This document shows positions 25,181 through 39,048 of a stretch of DNA of 64,000 bases, one piece after another. A model generated the notes under the pieces. It saw nothing but the letters and a program-made list of their open reading frames with translations, did not search any database and was not told the origin of the DNA. Made by a program: the position numbers and the translations under genes. Source of the DNA: Vicugna vicugna. Its lineage: Eukaryota. The DNA lies in the NCBI GenBank assembly GCA_013265495.1, contig MU058781.1:910963-974962 (forward strand). Reading direction: 5' to 3'. The first letter of the stretch is position 1. Each line of letters begins with the position of its first letter.

Positions 25181-25592
25181 TTTGGTTTTGTTTCTAATTT
25201 TTAAATTTTTTATTTCTTTAGATTTTATTTTTTACTGAAGTGTAGTTGATTTACAATGTTACTTTCAGGTGTATAGCAAAGCAATTCAGTTCTACATACA
25301 CATGTTTTTCTTCAGATTCTTGTTCATTATATGTTGTTACAGGAAGTTGGATGTAGTTCTTTGTGCTATATAGTTAAGTCTTTGTGGTTTATCTGTTTTA
25401 TATACAGTAGTGTGTATCTGTTAATATCAAACTCCTAATTTATCCCTTCCCTGCCCTTTCCCCTTTGGTAACCATCGCTTGTTTTCTATGTCCGTGAGTC
25501 TATTTTTTGGTTTGTAAATAAAATTTATGTCCTTTTTTTAGATTCCTCATATAAGTGATATCACACGATATTTGTCTTTCTGTGTAAAACAC
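25181..25592 (-). mobile_element. L1 3' end with 13-bp target-site duplication
   Basis: Reverse L1 3'UTR (ttttactgaagtgtagttgatttacaatgtt...agattcctcatataagtgatatcacacgatatttgtc). TSD ccatttactcttt at 25168-25180 and 25593-25605. Confidence 0.92.
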
Positions 25593-28223
25593 CCATTTAC
25601 TCTTTATTGTTAATACCCTGAATTATAGACGTCTCATAAAAAAATAGAGGAGAAAGCTATTCCTTCTGCTTAAAAATAATCATGTTTTAGATGATGCCAA
25701 ATTATTCCGGGTTTCCTCTCAGAATCTATACACTCAGGAGATCTCATTGTTAAGAGCTTCCAAACTTCCCACCATCAAGGAAAAATCTATCCTCCTTAAC
25801 AGATAAGAGTTACTTAAAAAAATTTGGATTGACACACAAACAAGTCAGGGAGTCAGTCACACTGAGGCTGGACCCAGATGGCAGCCTCCGCATCGAGCCA
25901 CGCCGTTCAGGCGGCACCCAAAGGAGCAGGAGGCGCGGCATCTCTTCGCAGCACAGTGCTTCCCAGTGGGCCGGTCGCAGACAGCGCCTCGCAGGTTGCC
26001 GCTAAGTTCTAACACGTGATGCACCAGCAGGGGCGCCTGGGAGTCACTTCACGTGGCCACCGTTCACCTGTGCTGGATTTCCAAACAGTAAGAAAATGCA
26101 GATGATGAACGGGGTTGCCTTTTCTGAGGCTTTTCAACGTTTTCTCTTTCCTTGGCTTTTGGCAGGACTAGGTTTCAAGGCAACTAACCAGTTACCAGGC
26201 GTGCAGGAGTTTACTTAGAATAGTGAACCTTCTGAACCGTGACGTCGTTGGAAAGCATGCACACACCTGACAGGGCTTGTGGGAGGAAAAATCTGAGAGG
26301 CGAACCACTCTGCTGACTCAGAGCCGTCTTGTCACAACAGGAAACTAACTGAATGGCTACTGAGTCACCCACTGAATAAACACTGCGTGAGCACCCTCTC
26401 TGTATGAAGGACACTAGGAAGCCAGCGGGCTTCTAAGGTGACATCCTGAAACGACAGAGCAGGACCCCCCGCATCCCCACCAGTGGTCCCTGGGGACTGT
26501 GAGGCGATGGCTGAACACCCCGCTGTGTGCCTTTGCCCCTTTCGCGCTGTTTTTCAACTAACTTCCAATAGGGGACGGATTTCATAAGATAATCACCCAG
26601 TTAATGAGAAGAGGAAAAGATCCAGTGCGGTTGAATGTGGCTGCAACAGTGCTAATAGTCGGATGTTAAGTGTAAAGTATATTCCCGAGACTTCTCTTCC
26701 AGGGCCGTGTACAAGCAAGTGTGCTATTTTAATTACTGAACAGAGAAAATAGGTAAACAGAAACCAACACGGTTTTGTCATCACTGCCGTGAATATCGGT
26801 ACTGAAAGAAAGAGTTATTAGTGCTTTTATTTAGACTTCAGGATCCAAATCCTCATTGGTGCTCCCGCAGGAGGAGAAAGCAAAACCTATGCACTTGTTT
26901 GATGGAACAGGATACCCTGGGATAACACTTCCATTCTGTTGCATTCAATACTCAATTTTTGAAAAAAAATATGTCGTAAAACCATGTATGTGCTTGGCAC
27001 TGTCTTAGACACCAGGGAAAGATCTGTGAAATTCCTGTTTTAAAAACCAGGGTGTTTCAAATCAGATATTTTTGGAATGTTTTGAAGACCTTTAAAGATT
27101 TTAAGAAATAGAATTTTTTTCCCTCCCCCGCTAGAAATTGCACAACTTAGAACAAGTCTTTAGCATTTACAGGAAGACAGCAAGAGTGTTAAAAATAAAT
27201 ATCAAAGCCATGCTGTTCCCATGGGGAGCTGAGGCCTGAGGTCTGTTGGAATTAGTGATTTTTTTTTTCCTGAAATCATTTCAGTCAAAAAGTCAGAATA
27301 TTATTCTTCTCTTCTGTCTTCTCCCGTTTAATGAAGAGCAGGAAGCCAAGAGCCACCACGCACTAAGGCTGGCGTGGCCAATTCTAGGCCAGCAAGTTGC
27401 CAAGAAGCCTGCTCTGAGCATTGGCGTTTGCATCCAGAGCTGGGAAGCCACACTGTAGTGACAGGGTGTCTATGTATACGAGAGATGAATAAATCAACAA
27501 CAAATGAAGTACTAAAAATGTCTAATTTCCAACACAGTGCTGCCAGCAACGACTGAAATTAAAAAACTGTTCAACCACAGCTACGGAACATACACTGTTG
27601 TGGCGAGCGCACGGAGACAAAGGTTAACGATAAAATAAAAGAAGGAAGGAATGTGCATCTGTAGCTAGGATGGCGTGCCTGCTTCACACACTCTGGTGGC
27701 AAGGAGTGAATGTGTCAGATCCTGTTCAAGTTCAGAAGGGCCAGGGTTTCACAGCAAGGAAATTTTCTTCTGTTTTTTGAGTAAGGCTCAAACTGGAAGT
27801 ATCAAAGCGCAATTTCAATTAAAATACAATTTTAAAGACGCACGTATAGAAACATCCAGGTTCTCTGCCAAATTCTACACCTTGAACAGGTGTAAGTAAA
27901 AGAAAATTCATTTCAGCAGGACCAGGGGACACATGTCTACTTGTTCCCACACGTCTGTGTCCAAGGAGGTATTAAGTCGGCGGTCGGCACTCCGCAAATT
28001 CTGTGTCCACGGCAAGAAAGCTCATATTTACTTTTTTCAGAAGCTTCATGCTATCCTGTGCTGGGTTGTCAATGTGGATAAGCTGGGTGCTGCATTTCCT
28101 AGGATCTCCTTCTATATATAGTTTTGGGTTAGAATGACCCTTAAAACAGGATCAACTTATCCTTTAAAAATGCAGAACTGGCTACATAATTTGCAGCCAC
28201 TAGTGCAAAATGAAAACGTGGGG

Positions 28224-28625
28224 TCCTTGTGAGTTTGTAAGGGCTGTCATCACAAAACACCACAGCTGGGGGACTTAACAACAGAAGTTTGTTTTCACAC
28301 AGTTGTGGAGACTGGAAGTCCAAGATCAAGGTGTCAGCAGGGTTGGTTTTTCTGGGGTCTCTGTCCCTGGCTTGCAAACGACCGCCTTCCCTCTGCGTCC
28401 CATCGAGGCTTTTCTCCTGTGCATCTGCACTCCTGATGTGGCTTTGTGTGTCCGATTTCCTCCTTTTATAAGGACACGGGTCACATTGGATTAGTGCCCA
28501 CCCTAATGACCTCATGCCAACTTAATCATCTCTTTGAAGACCTTATCTCCAAATACAGTCCCAGTCCGAGGTCCTGGAGGTCAGGGCTTCAACATATGGA
28601 TGTGGGGGGCCCTTTGTTCAAAGAG
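28224..28625 (-). mobile_element. MaLR solo LTR (MLT1A/B-like)
   Basis: agggctgtcatcacaaaacaccacagctgggggacttaacaacagaagttt...ggaagtccaagatcaaggtgtcagcagggttgg...cttcaacatatggatgtgggg. Confidence 0.85.
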
Positions 28626-29949
28626 CATGAAAAAAGTGCAGTTAAAGTTACTAAGATATAAAACATTTCCCTTTCTTCTGCCATCTTTCTCTCTCAACCT
28701 GTTGTAATTTTTTATTTGCTACTTAATGTCTCAATTCCTTGGACAGAGAAACTCTCTGGCCCCGAGCAGACACGCCCAGGCCCCCAGGGACACTGACTTG
28801 TGACCAAGTTTGCACACACAGGTGCCCACCAGCTGCCTGATTCTGGACCAGCACTCTGAGGCTAGGCTGGGGGCAGGGAAGTCAGTCCACCCTGTTGTGG
28901 GCACATAACATGGTGATGGTGACACGTGGGTTGGTAGAGAATTACCAGAGACCGAGAAGAGTCTAGGAAAGTTTAACGGGGACTCTGCCATAGGCAACAG
29001 CGGGCCACAGGGGCGAGAGGTGCCTGCGTGAGAGCCCGGGATGGGCGTGCAGGGTCTTTTTCTGGGGGAAGGGGGCTGTGCACACAAGGAGCAGAGGCTG
29101 CGTGATCAATTCATGCACGGGTACCTGATTGACCTCAAGATCTGTCAGGGATTTCTCTGAACAATAGGTTTTATGACTTTGGTAAGGGCAGGATGGGAGG
29201 CCTGTCTGCCTAGGGTATTGTGAGCTGGGCTCTGTCCTGGGGCGATGGGTTCTGTTAGGGTAAACACACATCCAGAGAAGATGCTCTGTTATCTAGCAGA
29301 AATGCAGGTATGCACAGGGTCGGAGTGGGGGTTAAGGTGTCAATAGGCCCCAGGCACATGGAGGGCCCTGGGGTGGGGGTTTTAAGACTCCAGAGAGTGC
29401 TGGCTCCACACACTCAGCGATGCCACCAGGGTTCCTGTGCCACTGGGGGTAGAGGGCGGCAGTGGCCACAGGGCAGGGTGAGGATGGGGAGGCAGTCATT
29501 ACCTCCTGGAGGTCTCTGTATGGTCAGGACAGGGACGGTGAGACACAGAGGTGCTCAGCAGGGTCTGTGTGGCCCTCACTTTCGGCACTAAGTAGAGCTC
29601 TTCTAGAAATCTGACCTCGTTGACCAACAGTGGCCCCACGCCCACCACCAGACATTCAGTGGTGGGCCCAGTAGGCCACACTTCCCACAGGTGTTTCCGT
29701 GAGCTGCCCCCTGCAGTTCCCTTTCAGTGTTGTGTGTGCCTGGCTTCTCAGATGCTCTTGGAAGCCCTCACGTGTCCATGGAGCCCATGGTTCAGGGTGA
29801 GTGGTTCGTGACTTCTCTGATACGCCTGCTCTCTGTTTCAGATCGTCGCTCCCCCAGCTCTTACACATCTGAGCACAGTCCCATTTCTATCATAAATCTT
29901 ACACCCAGAGCTCCCTCAGGGCTCTTCCCTGACCCAACTCCAGGAGGTT

Positions 29950-31153
29950 GCAAAAGCCCCTTCCATCCCTCTGCACACATCCCTCTGCAGTGTGACCTTC
30001 TCGCTCCTCTCCACGAGGGAGATTTATTCCTCTTCCCTTTAATCTGGGGTGGCCTGTGGCTTGCTCTGGCCAACAGACTATGTCATGAGTGGCACTGTAC
30101 CACTTCTGAATGTAGGTCCTAATAAAACCGAGTTCCTCTGCCAAATTTATGATTTACCCCTCTATCCAGAACGTCATTCCTTTTCTTGTCTGACACCTGT
30201 TCTCAAGATTGAGGAGCAACAAAGAAAAGGAGGGGTTGAAACAGCGCAGGAGCCTGGGGGGGGTCCTCCCTTGTAAAATCCTCTCCGTGACCCCATTTCC
30301 TGCTTGTAGGACACAGGCGTCCTTCGGCCTCCTAGGCCTGCCGGAGTTCCAGAGGGCACTTTCAAACAGTTGCTAATCAAGGAAAGGGAGGGAATGCAGA
30401 AACAAGGGAGGTCGAGTCAAGAAACAATAGAGCAGCCTCGGGGCAGGGGCCTGGGTCCTCCTCAAGGAATCTACATGGCAATACCCCCGAGTCCTTCTGC
30501 AGGAGCTGAGGCCCCACCCAGGTGGAGGATGGCAACTTCGGGCTGAGCACAAGATTCCTGGAGGGCTGTCCCCCACCTCCCACAGCTAATCAGAAGAAAG
30601 TCACACACCCTGCAACCTTCACCCCAAATTTTGCCTTTAAAAACTTCTCCTCCAAACCATCAGGGAGTTCGGGTTTTTCCAGCACAAGCCTCTCTTCTCC
30701 TTGCTCGGTTCTGCAGTAAACCTTTCTCTGCTCCAGACTTTAATGGTTCAGTTTGTTAGGTCTCACTGTGCGTCAGGCACACGAACTTTCGTTTGGTGAC
30801 ACCAAGAGGTCTTGCCTATTCTGGCTCTTGCTTTCTTGGGACACTGAGACCGAGGAGATGGAGGAGAGGGTCACAGTGACCTTCTTGCACTGGCTGTTTC
30901 TCAAGTGACTTTAATTCAGAGTCATCAATAGGCCACTTTGGCACATTTGGGGATGGCCTCCCCTGAGTCCCCGCAGGCTGTCACAGACCATCCATCCCCC
31001 ACTGAGCTGCCAGATGGACGCAGCCCTGTGAGTGATCCCAGGCAAGACTAACAGAAAAACTGCCCAAGACACTTTGCTCAAACTGCTGCCCCCCAGAATT
31101 GTGAGCAAATATATGGTGGGTTTTGGCTTTTTAATTCAGCAACAGAAGGACAC
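29950..31153 (+). mobile_element. MaLR LTR (MLT1F/G/H-like) split by a younger ERV LTR
   Basis: MLT motifs tggcttgctctggccaacaga...cacttctga (left part) resume at aagaggtcttgcc...cagaattgtgagcaaat...cagcaacagaaggaca (right part). Confidence 0.65.
30120..30801 (+). mobile_element. ERV (ERV1-like) solo LTR
   Basis: About 680-bp GC-richer block with TATA-like gcctttaaaaac, polyA-like agtaaa(cctttctctgctcc) and a 3' end tttggtgaca typical of ERV LTR termini. Confidence 0.7.
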
Positions 31154-33020
31154 TGGTCCCTCAGAGTATACAGAGGCTGAACAGTTTGCAAAACCATCAC
31201 CTGCAGTCACTATGGTAGAAAATATGCATACAGAACTTACAGCTCCGACGAAGGAAAACTTCAGACAGAATGTTGATCTCACCAGTTGGGTGCTCCTAGC
31301 TGTGGATAACAAAGCACTTCAAGAGAGACAGGAGTCCCCGAAAGGGCTTTTCAGCTTGGAAATACAGAGGGTCAAAACTTGCTGGGCTGATACATAAAAC
31401 GTGCTCATTTTCTATCTCTTCAGCTGGCAAAAAGTCTCTCAGTAAGAAATGACTCCAGTATTAAGAATACATCAATGGTGTGGCCATAAGATCCTTTGTT
31501 CAGACCCCAAAATGATGTAAGGCAGCGCCTCAGGGAGCAGGACAACGGGCCTCTAAGAACTTTAAGGATGTTTTAACACAGCATCCCTACCGGCCATCCA
31601 AGGAGAACAGGTCTGTTTCAAAAAGAATGAGTGGGTTTGCCTCCTGGTGGGTGTCGAGCCAAAGGACACAATCAAAGCCAAAGACCAGGAGAAGGAAGGA
31701 TTTACTACTACTTGCAGCGACTAAGGAGGACCCTGCGGACATTTCCTAAAGCGTTACCTCCCTGAACAGCAGAGCTGGAGGCGCTGGAGCTCAGGATACA
31801 TGTATACTCAGGAAGGGGCCTGGATGATGGACAGAGCCCACGCTTGAGTTGACTGAAGTCACAAGGTCAGAAAAGATCAACATCGTCCTCCCTTGTTCCT
31901 TTAAGATCCTTAACTACTGAGACATGTTCAAGGGCAAGCATCGTGGCCAGACTTAGATTTCAAAATGGCTTAGGACAAAAATGCCTTTTCTTTTGTCAAG
32001 AAAGCCATGACTAGGTTTTCCTTCTCTGGGCAACCCCTACCTTACCTGCTTACATGATGAAGGTGGCTTTTATTTGAATTTTCTAGGAAAAAAAAATCTT
32101 AATGAAGAAATGAATCCACACTTTAGAAATCTGGTTTCCTTGCCAGTGGCAGGTATGTAAAGCAGGCAGTCACCATGTTTCTTACATGAGGTCTTTAGGG
32201 CCATTGTGTTGATTTCTTCACCACAATATACTAATCATTTAATGTTGTGTGGAATCTAATGTGTAAACTTACATATGTATTTTATTAAGAAAACTATCAA
32301 GTGAAGGAATATTACGATACTAGGAAAAATCACTGTGATTTATAACAAGTTTTTAAGAAATTAGATGGATTTTGGTCACGAACTTTTTAAGTGGCTTTGG
32401 CCAGCACGGCAAAAGCATAGAAGAAAGACACTTTAAAGTTAAAGCGGCTTCTGGGCCCCCGACTTTCTGTGGATTGTTAGGCAGGGTGAGAAGGCTATTC
32501 AGTTGCAAATGTGAGCAATTTCTGATCAAACAGGAAAGATACTTCAGAGGATGGAGCCCAGAGCCCAGAGAGGAGCTACGAGCAGAAGAGAACACTGGGG
32601 TAGGGAACCACCTGCAGGAATACCACTGAACTCTAACCAAGAGAGAGTCCCTGCCCGTGGAACAGGGGACCTGACAGCAACGTGTAACCAGCTGCTGTGA
32701 GACAGTAATTGACGGAAGCCACTTTCTTCTCCCCCTTTGACGAGAATATAACAGTTACCCTTCAGGGGTGTGTGTGTGGTGGGGTGGAGGAGGGGTGCAG
32801 ACAACTAGGACTTTTGGTTCACTGGTGCCTAGATCAAGAGGAGCCATAGCTGAGTAGCTGCATCGAAGAAGCTGAATTCAGATTTGCTCCTAATTCAGAT
32901 GATGAGACCCTAGATGACTTGATGCTGATGTCATAATGGAACAAAAACCTGGGGGAGAAGGTGAGTGTATCTGCAGGTACAAGGGGCGTGAATAGTTATG
33001 ATCAGACGTTGGGCGGTGGA
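31154..33020 (+). mobile_element. Degenerate MaLR internal (MLT1-int-like) sequence, interrupted
   Basis: Follows the MLT LTR directly. Internal-like motifs (cagaatgttga...gctcctagctg; ggagcccagagcccagag; gatgatgagaccctaga...ggtgagtgtat). Confidence 0.45.
31652..32055 (-). mobile_element. ERV solo LTR
   Basis: Bounded by tgtcgagccaaag... and ...cctgcttaca (TG..CA on both strands). Contains agatccttaactactgagac, seen in eutherian ERV1 LTRs. Confidence 0.6.
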
Positions 33021-36000
33021 CAGGGATGAGAATGTTTCCACTTGGCAGCTGACACACTTCCCAAGCCTGTGTACTTACATGTTTGTAACTCAGGGGTCAG
33101 CCTGCAAGTGGATAGGGATACGCTAGTAAGAAAAAACAGACCCAGTGCCTTTCATCCTGGAGTTTTCAGTTTAGTGAGGGTAGAGAAATACTAAAATCAA
33201 CTACAAACAAATGTAAACTGCACCGAATGCAGGTGTTGCAAAGGAGAGTGTGTGGTGTTACAAGAATCAAAATTAGGATTTCAGGAAACCACTCATCTGA
33301 AGAAACGAACAGAAGACAACATGGCACAAAGGAGAGGGAAGAGTTTCCAAGCGGAGGAGCCACCTGGCAAGGCCCCTTTGGAGGGGGGACTCAAAGGGAC
33401 GCAAGAGTCTGGGACATCTCGAAGGGAATCTAAATGCCTTCGGGCAGCTGAAGTTATTCTTGAGCACCACCAGTAGACAGCCTCAGTCCTCGAGCTCGAA
33501 CAAACCTAATGCTTCCAACTGTTGCTCAGAGACAAAACAAAGAACAGACGCCCATTAGCCTGGTTCCTGGAAATTCATGTTTCGAAAGAATTAAATTCTT
33601 CCATGTTGAAGTAGACAAACATGGACCCCTGAACAGAAGAACGTCAGACCCCTGAGTAGAGACTGAGCTTAGTCATTCACCAAAATAGTGTTCACCAAGC
33701 TGAAGGGTGTGTTCTGTGAGCTGGCAAGGTATAGCTCTTATAGTTACTATTCAGAGACATAAATTTCATAAATAAATATTAAATTGCTTTTATAAGGAAG
33801 AACTTGATTAATTTGTTTTAACATTTTTGCTTGTGATTTTTTTTTTTTTTTGGACAAATTGCCTTGCATGTAGAGAGACTGACAGTTCACGGAAACTTTA
33901 CTGGTTGCTACTGAGATTCAAATGTGGTGTTTACAGTTACCCACAAGATCTTCATCAGTGAGACTGAATGGAAACGTGTCACAGAAATTAGCATTCTGTC
34001 CATTATGAAAGGAAGAACTCTTACCAGCTATGAAGAATACCCCCAGGTCATGTCTAAGGTCATCAACACCCCCCAGGCCAAGACTTACACCAAAGTGCAG
34101 GACTTAGATTCAGTAACAAAAGGTTGAGATTCTACGCAAGGCAGTGTCATCTTCACAAAATATGCCACTCAGAGCCCACTAGATGCGTTACCATATTGTG
34201 TATTATATTGGATTTAAGTGGTCATGATTAGAAAGCAAGAAGTTACACAATTTGGGGGGATGTACGAGGGAAAACGCCAAAGTGTACTGAGTATAAGTCA
34301 TAGTATTTCCAAAAAAATCAAACTTATGCACCTAACCTTGGCAAGTGAAAGCTGGAAACTGACCCAGATGTCTTTATCCATTGACAAAAGTAATCATCAT
34401 GTAGTGCTTTGTCCTTATTGTAGAAATTACTGATAAGATTCGGAGACGCAGTTGTCAGTGTGCCAGATAATATCTCTGAGGAATACCCTGTGCCCATTGA
34501 TATAAGTGGTGTCCACGGGCATTTATAAATGAAATAGCTCATTCAAAAGGATATTTATAACATTTGGAGAGTTGGTTGGGAAAAAAAAAAGTAAGGTTTT
34601 CAAGGTTATTTTGCAGAGCTAATGAAGAGGAGCTAGTGTCTCAGAATTCAGACGAGGCTAGTTTTTTCAAAGTGACTTGGACTCTTTTGTGTTAAAAAGA
34701 AGGAAAAAAGAAGTCCTGAGGAAACACTTATCTGATCAAATTACCATAGTGTGTCACAGTCGAGGGTTAAGCACACCACACAGCTGACAGTGCACGGAAG
34801 CTCTGCGGAGAAGAAGAACGCCCTATAGGAATAAAGCACATCAGCAATTATCTCGGAGCTGCAGCTTCCTACTTGCCACGTAAGAATTAAAGCACACTCC
34901 CCAGTGAGTCATCTGGAAGATGGAATAATACACATAAAAGCAGTCAGCCTCACTGCGAAGTGTCATGCGAATACTGCGGGCCATTAAGGGCATCACAGCC
35001 TCACCCCCCTTTTCACCTTTAACGCCCGTAGTGTCACTACACCACGTCTACACGGAATCAACAGCGCGAGATCTTACGTGGGAAATGATTGTTAGCTTGT
35101 CCATTTCCAAGCTCGTCGAGAGCTGACTTTCACTGGTGCTGCCTGGGACATCTGAGCCTTCGTCCTCAAGGCACACCCCCATATAATTTCTCTCATTTCA
35201 GAACTGCTTTTAGCTCTAAAACGTAACAGTGCGGCAGGGCGGTGCTCTGCACACAGCACAAGGAGAGAAGCGCACACATCTGGAAGTCAGAGCACAGAAG
35301 GAATGCTCTCGCCGGAATCAGGGCTTCCCGGGATGGTCACGCCATGTCCACTTTGTGACTGTTAGAGGGAAAAAAGCCTCCTCGGGAATGACTAATATTC
35401 AAACCCCCCCACTCCTAGCCTTTGATGGAAACTTACTAGCTCGTCAGGTTACGCTGGTTGAAAAGAGAAAAGGCCTGTCTCCCTTGCTGCTTACCGAGGC
35501 ACCACTAGATGCAAAGCGAAAGATGAAGTAGTCCATAGGTGATGGTGGATGTAAGACACAGCCTCCTTTCTCAGCATCACCCATGACCATCCTCAGCCCC
35601 AGTCATCAATTCCTTTGAGATCTGCAGTAGTAACTTTAAACTCATTTGCAAGAATTAGAAAAAGTCTTTCAAGGAATGGAAAGGATTCTAAGAACGGGGA
35701 TCTATTTCATAAGGTCTTAGGATTGTGACCCTAAATTTTTGAAAATTATGCTAAGTACAGGTAAATGTCTTTACAGAAAGGAAGAGGGTACCAAGAACAA
35801 GAATCTATTGCAGAAAGGCTTACAGATTTTGCTTCTAATTCTTGTAAAACTGTAATAAAAATGAAATGAAACAATCAGGCAGGTAAAGAAATAATACAAT
35901 CATTCACTTTTGACATTTCTCTCTTTCAAAAAAAAAAAGCACATTGGCAGTGTAAAGTCAAAATGTCTTCCTTTATTGAAAGAAAACTTCAAAGATAAGA

Positions 36001-38217
36001 GCAATGTGCAGATTAACTGATAAACAATGCGCAACAAATTATATCAGTAGCTAGTTAAAAGCCTTTAAAAGAAAAGCTTTATTTTACCTTTAAGTAGTAA
36101 GCTCGATCAAGAACCTCTGAGATGTTAAAATGCTGACTCACAAAATTAAAATTAAAAAAAAAATTTCTCTGCACCCCTACTCACAAACTAACTTCCTGTT
36201 TAGATTGAAAAGGTTAAAAATATGACAAGACACTCTTGGTATACTCAAATGACGTTCACAACCTCAAGACCACAGTAAGTTTATAATGTTTGACTTAACA
36301 GTTCCATCCCAAAGAGCTTTATCTTTCTAAATTCAGGAAAAGAAATCATCCACAAGATGTTAAATCCTTGTTCTTTCAAGAAGAAAAGTAAGCCAAAGGG
36401 TTTGGTAAATTTCACCTTCAGTTACTTCTCACATTAAGTAAGGTTTTACTGGAAAGGAAAAGGAGAAACTTGACCCGTACAGCAATACAATGAGAAATTT
36501 CTATGGTGGCTTGAACAGTGCCAAGTCCTCAAAAGACCAAATCCTTGTGCATCTGGAGAACCGCATTCTACAACTCCTTGTGCCCTTTTCTTGTTCTTCT
36601 ATTCTTCCTGGCAAAAGGAGAGAACGTTAGCTAGTATCTGGCGCACAAGAACTAATGTGATTCTGTCAACTCATTACGAAAATAACTTGCAGTCAGATAT
36701 GTGTGTATATATGGTGGGTGGCTGGTGCTGAGCACAGGAAGAGGGGAAACTGAGGGTGGGTATATGATGGGAGTGGCTGTAACTTTTTACTTCTGTTACT
36801 TCTTGGATTAAAACCTGTTTTGTTTTGTTTTACTGGGGAAAAAAAACCCAATAACATACAGAGAAGGAATATGAATTTTTCTCTTACACAGATTAATTTA
36901 ACCAACAAGTAGCTATTAATGGTCTATTACCATCCTCTTGTTGCTTGGGGGCTCTGTAAATAATAAGAGTTATGACAGTTCAGACTCAGGGAATTAAAAT
37001 CTCTAAGAGATTTTACTTCTGTACCCCTAGTTTCAGCAATAGAGCCTGACGCATAGTATGTACACTGTAAATATTTGCTAAATGGATTAATTAGGAGAGG
37101 AAATGACCACAGTATTTCTCAATATGTAGGCATTGTGCAAAACCCCCTCCCCAAACAAAAAAAAGTATTATCTTGAATAATTAAAGAAGGCCCAAAAATG
37201 TTTATCCAGAGAATAAATACATAATATTTATTATCAAAAAGCTGAGAGAGAACAGACCTTTCTGAAAATCTGAAAGTTAATACTAGTATTTTCTGTGGTG
37301 CCCCATTCCTGTATTATGCTATTTACTGGGGTCCCTGTGAGTCAATGGAGGCATATAATTCCTTGCAATGTCTTCCTAGGCTCAGCTGGAAACCTGAATA
37401 AGTCAAGAAACAAGAAATTACACGTGTCCTCAGATAGCAAAATTGATAGGAACATGTTTAACCCAATTAGTAAACTGCATAGCTTGCGCTGTTAACCACT
37501 AAACTATGTTTCCAGATTGAGATTTTTTCTGAGAGATATTCCACGAAAGTACAGAAGAATGAAACCACCTCAAACCAATGGCAACTGTGAGCCAGACCTT
37601 TTATTTTGCATAATTACAGTTGGTCTATATGAAGCGTGGTGTGTTTTGTTCAACTTGTGGTTGTAAATGTGTAGTTAGTAAACGATTCTTCTCAATTTTG
37701 AGGTTTGATGGTGTTTCTAGTTCTTAAAAGGAAGCAGTGCATGTTGATTTTATGACAGCCCTCATCGTGTAAAATCTATATTCAAATTTTGAGGAAGTCA
37801 TTCAAAACTACACTGCTTCAAAGAAAAAAAAACTAGATGCAGGATAAAATAATCTAGTTTGCTCCATGCTTTCCAAACCTAGCCTTCTAAACTTGGTAGT
37901 TGCACATCCCTACATTCAATAGAATAGCTCATCATCAGCTCTACTCCCAACTCGAAAACCAACCCTGACCCCCTGGAATGGAGTTATGATAAAAGCCCCG
38001 TAAAAGATGCCCCCATGGTGTGGCTAGAGCATTGTTGCTATGGGAACCATCTGTCGTTGGTACCTACTTCTCTAGTAACCGTTCCCCACTAGCCACAATT
38101 CTCTATCCTCTGTTTCCACAGTAACTCAAACCTTTGCAGCCCCATCCCCAGTGGATGAAGTTTTTTAAACTATTCCTTCAGTTTCTTTGTCATTAAGTCC
38201 CCGATGCCAGGCCTGGA

Positions 38218-38590
38218 AGCAGATTCATAGACACAGAGAACAAACTATGGTTACCAAAGAGGAAAGTGATGGGGAGGGAGGGTAGGGATAAATTAGGGGT
38301 TCGGGATTAACACACACACAATGCCAGATGTGAAATAGATAAACAACAAGGACCTACTGTATAGCATGGGGAACTCAATTCAATAGCTTACAATACCTTA
38401 TAATGGAAAAGAATCTGGAAAAGAATATATATGTGTGTGAGTATATATATACAGCTGAGTCACTCTGCTGCACACCCAAAACTAATATGACATTGTAAAT
38501 CAACTATATTTCAGTTTTAAAAAATTAAAAATTAATAACTAATAAGTAAACAGACAAATAAATAAAAATAACTAAAATGTTAAAAAAAAA
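38218..38590 (+). mobile_element. L1 3' end
   Basis: agattcatagacacagagaacaaactatggttaccaaag...aacaacaaggacctactgtatagc...cattgtaaatcaactata plus A-rich tail. Homologous to 5100-5403. Confidence 0.9.
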
Positions 38591-39009
38591 TTAGAAGTCC
38601 TGGATCCAACACCTAGATTTGATAGATACTAGCTGCGTGTAATTTGATGAATTACTTAACCCAGACATCTACAAGATTGTAGTACCCGTAACAGTGGACT
38701 TAGTGGTCCTGCGCCCTGAGTAAACTGTTAATGCTTTGTTAGTAGTACAGGCTGGGTCTGATGCATTTTTGTATCCCTAACACCCGGTCCATAGTCAGCG
38801 TTCATAAGTGAGTGTGTGCTGTATCCATATGTGAAATTCTTCAGTTCTTCCTCAAAGAAAATTCCAGACTTCCTCAGTCAGGCATGTCCCCTTGAGTCCT
38901 AATTCCCAGGTACACTCTCACATCTAAAGCTAACTCAGCTTTGGTGCAGGTTTTGGATTCCATCTCACAAGGCCGTATAGAGTACTGAAGACTTGAGCTG
39001 GTATTTTCT

Positions 39010-39048
39010 GCGTGTGTGTGTGTGTGCGTGTATGTGTGTGTGTGTGTG
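39010..39048. repeat. Imperfect (TG)n microsatellite
   Basis: TG run with CG/TA interruptions. Confidence 0.9.

Noticed and set aside
29499..29681. ORF containing VVGVGPLLVN and FLEEL, reminiscent of OFCC1 motifs (possible exon duplicate)
   Set aside because: The matches are only a few residues, in the wrong order, and without extended similarity.
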